Positions 54,543 through 64,000 of a DNA stretch of 64,000 nucleotides are shown here, one piece after another. Position 1 is the first letter of the stretch, and each line of letters begins with the position of its first letter. The notes beneath the pieces are model-generated. The model made no database searches, had not been told where the DNA came from, and saw only the letters and a list, made by a program, of their open reading frames with translations. Position numbers and translations under genes: made by a program. Source of the DNA: an uncultured Planctomycetota bacterium. Its GTDB lineage: Bacteria > Planctomycetota > Planctomycetia > Gemmatales > Gemmataceae. The DNA lies in assembly GCA_963849325.1 (NCBI GenBank), contig CAWKHF010000014.1:15217-79216 (forward strand), written 5' to 3'.

Positions 54543-54896
54543 ATGAGCGAAGACGCGACCCTGCAAGTCCCGGTGTTCCTGGAACCACTCGGCAATCGCC
54601 CCGGCTACGCCGCCCATCTGGGGGCCCCGTTTCACCTGTCCGTCGAGGCAGGTACTCCCGAAGAAGCCGTGGAGGAATTGTCGCGCACCGTACGGAATCG
54701 CCTTCAGGCCGGCGGGCGCGTGGTGTCCTTTCCCTTACCGTTGACGCCGGCGGTCCCGGCCAGCGCCGGCTGGCTCCCCGAGGACGAACTGACAAAGGAA
54801 TGGCAGCGGGCCGTCGAAGAGTATCGCCGCGAATGCGATGAAGCCGACCGCCGGCGCATCCTGGGGGAGTCCGCGGAAGACAAGGCGGCCTCATGA
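54543..54896 (+). CDS. Putative antitoxin (HicB-N-like fold)
   Basis: RBS GGAGG; PVFLEP..GY.A....SVEAGTPEEAVEEL resembles the HicB RNase-H-like N-terminus; ATGA overlap with the PIN gene. Confidence 0.65.
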   Translation: MSEDATLQVPVFLEPLGNRPGYAAHLGAPFHLSVEAGTPEEAVEELSRTVRNRLQAGGRVVSFPLPLTPAVPASAGWLPEDELTKEWQRAVEEYRRECDEADRRRILGESAEDKAAS

Positions 54897-55312
54897 GTCT
54901 GTATCTGCTCGACACCGATCATGTCTCTCTTTATCAGATGGGACATCCGCGCGTCATCCAGCAGATCATGGGCCACATCCGCGACCCCTTGGCCGTCACT
55001 GTCATCACGGTCGAGGAGCAGCTCAGCGGTTGGCAGCGCGCTTTACGCCAGACCCGTGACGACAGCCGTCGGGCCGAGATTTATCGGCGTATGGCTCTGG
55101 CCATCGAGCACCTGTCCGGATGGCTTGTCCTTCCTTTTCCTTTGTCGGCCATGACACGTCACGCCGACTTGCTGCGGCAACGGTTGAACGTAAGCAGCAA
55201 CGATCTCAAGATCGCCGCCATCGCCCTGGAGATGGGTGCCAAGGTAGCGACCCGAAACGTTCGCGATTTCGGCCGCGTAGCCGGATTGATGTGCGAAGAT
55301 TGGTCCCTCTGA
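54893..55312 (+). CDS. vapC: VapC/PIN-domain toxin
   Basis: YLLDTDHVS, TVITVEEQ, NDLKIAAIAL, TRNVRDF, EDW. Confidence 0.9.
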   Translation: MSLYLLDTDHVSLYQMGHPRVIQQIMGHIRDPLAVTVITVEEQLSGWQRALRQTRDDSRRAEIYRRMALAIEHLSGWLVLPFPLSAMTRHADLLRQRLNVSSNDLKIAAIALEMGAKVATRNVRDFGRVAGLMCEDWSL

Positions 55313-55369
55313 GCAGTCGAGCCAGACCGCCGTACCCCTCCGTCACTCCGCGCGAGCACCGAATTCTTC

Positions 55370-55416
55370 TTGACGACAGAGCATTTCCGGCGATAATACA
55401 AAGGATTCCTATGTAT
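55370..55416 (+). promoter_or_regulatory. padR promoter with overlapping palindromic operator
   Basis: TTGACG-16 bp-GATAAT; 21-bp inverted repeat ATACA-A-AGGA-T-TCCT-A-TGTAT (55396-55416) overlapping the -10 element. Confidence 0.6.
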
Positions 55417-55441
55417 CGAATTTCTTTGCTTGCAGGCCGTC

Positions 55442-55777
55442 ATGGATACCGAACTCATCAAAGGCACGCTGTCGCTGCTGATCCTGTCGCTTTTGACCCG
55501 GACCTCGATGTACGGCTACGAGATTGCCGCGACCGTGCATCGAGACACGGATGGAGCGTTCACCTGGCGCGAGGGATCGCTGTATCCGAACCTTCACAAA
55601 CTGCAAGCGGATGGGCTGATCGTCGGCGCCTGGGAGGAGAAGGAGACGGGGCGCCGGCGTCGCTACTACCGCATCACGGCGAAGGGGCGGGCGGCGCTGC
55701 GGGAGAAGGTGCAAGCCTGGAAAGCGCTGAGCCAGGCGGTCAATCGCATCCTGGAGAAATCCGATGGACAAGCTTGA
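55442..55777 (+). CDS. PadR-family transcriptional regulator
   Basis: ELIKGTLSLLILSLL..MYGYEI..EGSLYPNLHKL..GRRRRYYRITAKG. Confidence 0.92.
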   Translation: MDTELIKGTLSLLILSLLTRTSMYGYEIAATVHRDTDGAFTWREGSLYPNLHKLQADGLIVGAWEEKETGRRRRYYRITAKGRAALREKVQAWKALSQAVNRILEKSDGQA

Positions 55778-56792
55778 GCATTACCTCGATCAGGTCTGTC
55801 GCAGCATCGGCGGACCGCGCGCCCTTCGCCAGCACGTTCGGCAGGAGCTGCGCGAGCATTTGCTCGATGCCGCGGCCCAACACAAGGCGGCCGGCGTGCC
55901 CGAGGAGGAAGCGCTCCACCGCGCCCTGGAGGATTTCGGTGGGCCGGAGGAAGTGAGATCGGAGCTGGAGGCGACACACGGGCACCGGCTGCTGCCGGTG
56001 GTGATCGACAAGGCCATGCAGTGGAAGGAACGGACCATGAGAGCGAAATGGCTGTGGACGACGTGGGCGACCCTGGCGGCGATTTTGCTGGTCGCGCTGG
56101 AGTTGTTTTTCATCACGTTCAACGGACTCTACATCGTGCCGAAGTATCAAAAGCTGACGCGCGATGGGATTCTCGATTTTGCGTTTCTTGAGGAACATGG
56201 GATAGGGTGGATGACGGGGTTCCTGAACGGTTTGCGTTCCGTGGGGCATTACACGACGGAGATGCTGCTTTTGGCGTTGGCGGCGTGGGGCCTCTTTGAA
56301 TGGCGCATAAAGAGCGAGAACAAGTCTTTCATCCGCCTGTCGATGCTGGGGACGGTATCGGTGGGGCTGATGGTGGTGATCATTCTCATGGCGGGGTCGT
56401 TGGCCGTGTCGTTCTGTCTGTTTGTGCCGGCGGTAGGGCAAATGTCTCGGCCTTGGGCCGTGGAGCAGATCTTCTCCATTGACACGTCGATCAGCGGACT
56501 GGAGCAGTCCCTGGCGAAAAAGGACTGGGCCGCGATGCAGGAGCAGGCGGACCAGGCGTCGATCGCCTTGAAGCGCCTGCTGGCTTGGCCGGCGCTCCAT
56601 TCCCTGACGAGATGGAACGAGCCGCCGACGGTGGAGGAATTGCGGGCGCAGGTGAAGGCGGCAAGCGAAGCTCTCCTGGAGGTACAGCAGGCCATTCGAG
56701 ACAAAGATGCGGAACGGCTCCCGGCGGCCCTGCGGCAGTTTCACGAAGCCTATGGGCCGGTGCGGGCGGTGACGAAGAGGCGTGTGAAGTGA
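55764..56792 (+). CDS. HAAS/permease-prefix domain membrane protein
   Basis: LEHYLDQV...ELREHLLD...EEALHRALEDFGGPEEV, three TMs, helical C-terminal domain; coupled to padR. Confidence 0.8.
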   Translation: MDKLEHYLDQVCRSIGGPRALRQHVRQELREHLLDAAAQHKAAGVPEEEALHRALEDFGGPEEVRSELEATHGHRLLPVVIDKAMQWKERTMRAKWLWTTWATLAAILLVALELFFITFNGLYIVPKYQKLTRDGILDFAFLEEHGIGWMTGFLNGLRSVGHYTTEMLLLALAAWGLFEWRIKSENKSFIRLSMLGTVSVGLMVVIILMAGSLAVSFCLFVPAVGQMSRPWAVEQIFSIDTSISGLEQSLAKKDWAAMQEQADQASIALKRLLAWPALHSLTRWNEPPTVEELRAQVKAASEALLEVQQAIRDKDAERLPAALRQFHEAYGPVRAVTKRRVK

Positions 56793-56867
56793 GGACCAGC
56801 AAGGTCTCCGAGATCGTTTCCTGTCCGAAATCTGTTTCTCCTACCCTGCTGCGCCTGGTGGTCCTTC

Positions 56868-57215
56868 TCAGGGTAATTCCAGCGCTGTCTTCAGGGCATC
56901 GTTCACTTTCCGCATGAAGAGGATCGGGAGGTTTCCTAGATGCCGCAGAACCTTGCTCTTCTCGAGATTGACGCCATTCACCACCGAATCGAAGCGTAGG
57001 CCCGATTGCTGGCCCTCGGGCGTGTTCAGGTCGATCCGTACTTGGGTCGCTTCCAAGGCCCGGTGCGTCGTACCCGTGATCTGGGCAACGATGGTATTCA
57101 CCAGTCGGCCATTATCGCGGTCGTTCTGGATCACCAAAGCCGGCCGAACCTTACTCCCCGCGCTCCCGGCATAAGGAAAGTCCACGAGCACCACGTCCCC
57201 GCGCTGGACGTTCAT
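56868..57215 (-). CDS. mazF: MazF/PemK-family toxin
   Basis: QRGDVVLVDFP..GSKVRPALVIQND, IVAQITG, SGLRFDS, MRKVNDALKTAL. Confidence 0.88.
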   Translation of the reverse strand: MNVQRGDVVLVDFPYAGSAGSKVRPALVIQNDRDNGRLVNTIVAQITGTTHRALEATQVRIDLNTPEGQQSGLRFDSVVNGVNLEKSKVLRHLGNLPILFMRKVNDALKTALELP

Positions 57216-57451
57216 GAGGGACGCCGGGGATCGAGTTCGTCGTATACGTCCATCCGCGGATCATCCCATCCGTCGCGCGCGAACACTTCCATCGCTGCCT
57301 GGTAAGCCTCTCCCGACCAGTCCTCCTCGCCCAGCAGACCCTTGATGCGCTCGTACACATCCTTGCGGACCAGGATGTACATCGTGTTGGTCTGGACGAC
57401 AGGTCCGGCCGTCTCCAGTCCCCGCCGCTGCTCGGAAGTTAGTTCGATCAT
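57212..57451 (-). CDS. Putative antitoxin for MazF
   Basis: MIELTSEQRRGL...YILVRKDVYERIK...GWDDPRMDVYDELD; ATGA overlap with the toxin. Confidence 0.75.
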   Translation of the reverse strand: MIELTSEQRRGLETAGPVVQTNTMYILVRKDVYERIKGLLGEEDWSGEAYQAAMEVFARDGWDDPRMDVYDELDPRRPS

Positions 57452-57554
57452 AAATGCCTCCTCGTTCGCATCCTACCAGGATTCGGAGAGGACCGGAAGG
57501 CAAGCACTCATTCGGAGCCAACCGTTTCTCCTTGCTTGGCTGGCGGGCGCGTGA

Positions 57555-57669
57555 TGTCCTTCCCCTTACCGTTGAGGCCGATGGTCTCGGTCAGTGCCAG
57601 GCCCGCGACGACAGCCACCGGGCCGAGATTTACCGGCGCATGGCGCTCGCCATGAAGCACTTGTCCGGC
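57555..57669 (+). pseudogene. Degenerate internal fragment of the vapC gene at 54893-55312
   Basis: Encodes QARDDSHRAEIYRRMALAMKHLSG versus QTRDDSRRAEIYRRMALAIEHLSG in vapC. Confidence 0.8.
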
Positions 57670-57708
57670 GTGGTACAATGGTGGTACGGCGTGGTACAAT
57701 GTGGTACT
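57667..57708 (+). repeat. Four GTGGTAC direct repeats (promoter/operator)
   Basis: GTGGTAC at 57670, 57681, 57691 and 57701; two copies contain TG-G-TACAAT (extended -10). Confidence 0.7.
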
Positions 57709-57768
57709 AATGAAGTGCCTACATGAAAAGAGGCGGAGGATCGCGGCACGGAAGAAGAGAGATGGAGC

Positions 57769-58282
57769 AATGATGGCTCTCTTGACGGAAACGGCCCACG
57801 ACTTGACAGCGCGGTTGGACGCGGAACTGAGCCGGCGCGAGGGCGAGAGGCTGAGAAGGCAGATGTTGCGCAACCTCGTCTGCAGCGCCGACGCTCTGGC
57901 GGGAATCACCCTGTCCGGCTGGATGTGGGTCCGTGAGACGTTGGAGCGAGAGGGTTTCGAGGGCCGCGAGCTGGCCCGCCACTGCCAGGTGTTACGGGAT
58001 GGGATCGATGGCGTTCTGGCAGGGTACGAGCGACTGCTGGCGCTGGCAGGAGCATCCGGCCTGACCGCCGAGGACGCCGGCCTGCATGACTTGGAAGGCA
58101 AGCTTCCCGCCCTGCGCGAGGCCCGCTCCAAGGTGGCGGAGGCGCTGGGTCTCGCCACTCGGCCGCCGCGACCTGTTGAGGAGGCCAAACTGGTCGAGTC
58201 CCGGGCTGCTCTCGAACGCGGCGAGTTCGTCACCATCAATGACGAATACCTTGCTCGGTTACGAGCCGGCGAGGATTTCTGA
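57769..58282 (+). CDS. Hypothetical helical protein, antitoxin-like C-terminus
   Basis: RBS GGAG; ends ESRAALERGEFVTINDEYLARLRAGEDF, as in RelE/ParE partner antitoxins. Confidence 0.6.
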
Positions 58283-58289
58283 GGGTGCC

Positions 58290-58589
58290 GTGGCCTACAC
58301 CGTGCGCTTGTCCGATCCCGTACGGACCTATCTGCGGACCCTGGACGGCCTGACGCGGGAGGGGCGTCTGAGGTTCCTGGCCGGTACCCTCGGTCTTCTG
58401 CGCGATCACGGCGACGTGCTTCGCTCCGACCCTTCGAGACGTTTGGCGAACGGCTCGCCCTACTTTCGTTTCGATTACATTTTTTCCGATGCAGATCGCT
58501 TCTGGCGGGCGGATGGTGTCGCCGATGATTCGGCCGCCGCCTATGGCCTGCTCGACTTGGTGTATCTGGATTGTCAACCCGGAACTTGA
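58290..58589 (+). CDS. Divergent RelE/ParE-like small protein
   Basis: GTG start 7 bp after the upstream stop; MAYTVRLSDPVRTYLRTL...YFRFDYIF...WRADG...LDLVYLD. Confidence 0.5.
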   Translation: MAYTVRLSDPVRTYLRTLDGLTREGRLRFLAGTLGLLRDHGDVLRSDPSRRLANGSPYFRFDYIFSDADRFWRADGVADDSAAAYGLLDLVYLDCQPGT

Positions 58590-58748
58590 CTCTTCGCCCG
58601 ACGGCAGCAACGACAGCAAAGAGTGCTGACGGTTTTCGGAGAGGTATTTCAAGCCACAAGTGGCTCGTCCAACGAGAACCCCCTTGCGCTTTGTCCACTT
58701 CCTTCCAGGAACACTCGCCGGCGGCGCCGACCGCGAGTTCTATCCGTA

Positions 58749-58778
58749 TTGACCTTGCGCAGTCCGCTTCTCTAGACT
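58749..58778 (+). promoter_or_regulatory. Possible secA promoter
   Basis: TTGACC-18 bp-TAGACT. Confidence 0.4.
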
Positions 58779-58852
58779 GATAACGTGACCAATTTTGTTC
58801 CTGGCCGGGGCGGTATGCGCGGCAGAGCCATGCGGAGGCGTGGATTGAAACG

Positions 58853-62496
<3,644 letters not shown>

Positions 62497-62536
62497 TTCG
62501 TGGTTTTTCTTCTTCTCTTCTGGGGAAAGGATTCCC

Positions 62537-63819
62537 ATGCCCTGGCTCGTCAATTGCGTCTATCTCGTCGTCCTCTTTGCGTTATCGCCCTGGCTCGTCT
62601 ATCGAGCGATCCGCACCGGCCGCTATCGGCGCGGCCTGCCCGCCAAGCTGTTTGGCCTGCGCTCGTCGCTAGAGTTCGGGGCCGTCTGGTTCCACGGCGT
62701 CAGCGTCGGCGAGATCCACCTGCTGCGTCAAGTCGTGGCCGTGTTTCGCCGCCGCTATCCCGAACTACCGTGCGTCGTCTCGACGACCACGGACACCGGA
62801 CTCGACGAGGCCCGCAAGTGCTTTCCCGACCTGCTTGTCTTCCCCTTTCCCTTTGACTTCTCCTGGGCGGTGCGGCGCACGCTCGCGCGCTCGATCCGCG
62901 GCTGATCGTGCTGGCCGAAGCAGAGATGTGGCCGAACTTCCTCCGGGCGGCGCGACGGCAAGACGTCCCCATCGCCGTCATCAACGGCCGCATGAGTCCG
63001 CGCAGCCTGAAGCGTTACCAACGGGTCAAACCGCTGTCGCGCTGGCTGTTCGGCCATCTCGATTGCCTGTTGATGCAGACGGAGCACTACGCCCGTGCCG
63101 TGCGCCTCCTCGGCGTACACCCTGATCGCGTCAGCGTGACCGGCAACGTCAAGTTCGACGGCGTGCTGCTCGATCGTCGCAATCCGCGCACGCACTTCCT
63201 GCGCGACATGCTGCAAGTCCAGGACGACGAACTGATCTGGATCGCCGGCAGCACGCAGGCGCCGGAGGAAGAAATCGTCTTGCGCATCTGGCAGGATCTG
63301 CGCGTCTCTCATCCGAAGCTGCGCCTGTTCCTGGTTCCGCGCCAAAAGGACCGTTTCGAGGAGGTGGCGCAACTGCTGGAGCGCCGCGGCGTGGACTTTG
63401 TTCGGCGTTCCAGTTGCGCCGATCTCGGCAAATCGGTGGTGCTGGTGGATACGATCGGCGAACTGGGTCCGCTGTGGGGCCTGGCCGATGTGGCGTTCGT
63501 CGGCGGCAGTCTCGATGGCCGTCGCGGCGGCCAGAACATGATCGAGCCGGCCGCCTTCGGCACCGCCGTGGTGTTCGGTCCGCACGTCTGGAACTTCGCC
63601 GACACGGCGGCGCGTCTGATCGAAGCGCAAGCGGCCTGCCAGATCGCCGACGCCGGGCAGCTGGAGACCGTGCTGCGCCTTCTCCTCGACGATGCCGCCG
63701 AGCGTCGTCGTATGGGAGAGGCCGCCCGAGATTTTGTGCTGCGCCAGCAGGGGGCGACCGAGCAGACGGTCGCGCGGTTGGGGCAACTGCTGGCCGTGCG
63801 CCGGTCGCTGGCGGCGTAG
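62537..63819 (+). CDS. waaA: 3-deoxy-D-manno-octulosonate (Kdo) transferase (indel near 62890)
   Basis: VWFHGVSVGE, STTTDTG, PFD, EAEMWPN, INGRMS, TGNVKFD, AGST, DTIGEL, FVGGSL..GGQNMIEPA. Confidence 0.93.
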
Positions 63820-63950
63820 TATCTATCCTCCCCTTCGACGTTCCTCAAAATCGGATCAAGTCGGTTTTCGGCCCTTCAGAATGAGGAGGCCGATTGACAG
63901 AAGTGCTTCAAAAATAAGATGCTTGCGGCGAAGCGTAAGCCTCGATAAAG

Positions 63951-64000
63951 CGGAGAGGGAGGGATTCGAACCCTCGGTGACGTTGCCGCCACACCGGTTT
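63951..64000 (-). tRNA. tRNA-Ser, 3' half (anticodon lies just beyond the window)
   Basis: Reverse complement aaaccgg-tgtggcggcaacgtcacc-gagggTTCGAATccctc-cctctcc-g shows a long variable arm, T-loop and G discriminator; no encoded CCA. Confidence 0.88.

Noticed and set aside
63820-64000. Integrative element at the tRNA-Ser 3' end
   Set aside because: No integrase, and no duplicated tRNA 3' end (att site) noticed; the neighbours are housekeeping waaA and secA.

Overview
High-GC bacterial DNA, most consistent with a planctomycete (Gemmataceae-like). This taxonomic call is an inference from the expanded SecA, the multi-DUF4340/GldAFG-like ABC operon and the intergenic palindrome families. Single-base indels break most long genes, including essential gyrA, secA, asd, ribD and waaA, so most frameshifts are probably long-read consensus errors rather than pseudogenes. 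Bases 1-19 kb hold a lipid/secondary-metabolite cluster: an NRPS condensation domain, a FAAL-ACP-KS-AT-MT-pseudoKR-ACP megasynthase, two uncharacterised exported proteins, a second FAAL-ACP, a MacB/LolCDE-type ABC transporter, an extended SDR, an SppA-like lipoprotein lacking its catalytic residues, and a GT21-like glycosyltransferase. The megasynthase is preceded by a candidate riboswitch/attenuator leader with mutually exclusive terminator and antiterminator helices. Bases 19-38 kb are mostly housekeeping genes (aminotransferase, asd, topoisomerase IB, hrpB, PLD, LarA-like, ribD, gyrA, aat). An accessory island at 38.6-45.7 kb carries toxin-antitoxin (TA) pairs and two head-to-head caspase-family genes, one fused to an unknown, possibly DHH-like cytoplasmic domain. 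The rest is a Gld-like ABC operon, a TA-rich patch (54.5-58.6 kb), secA, waaA and the 3' half of a tRNA-Ser.
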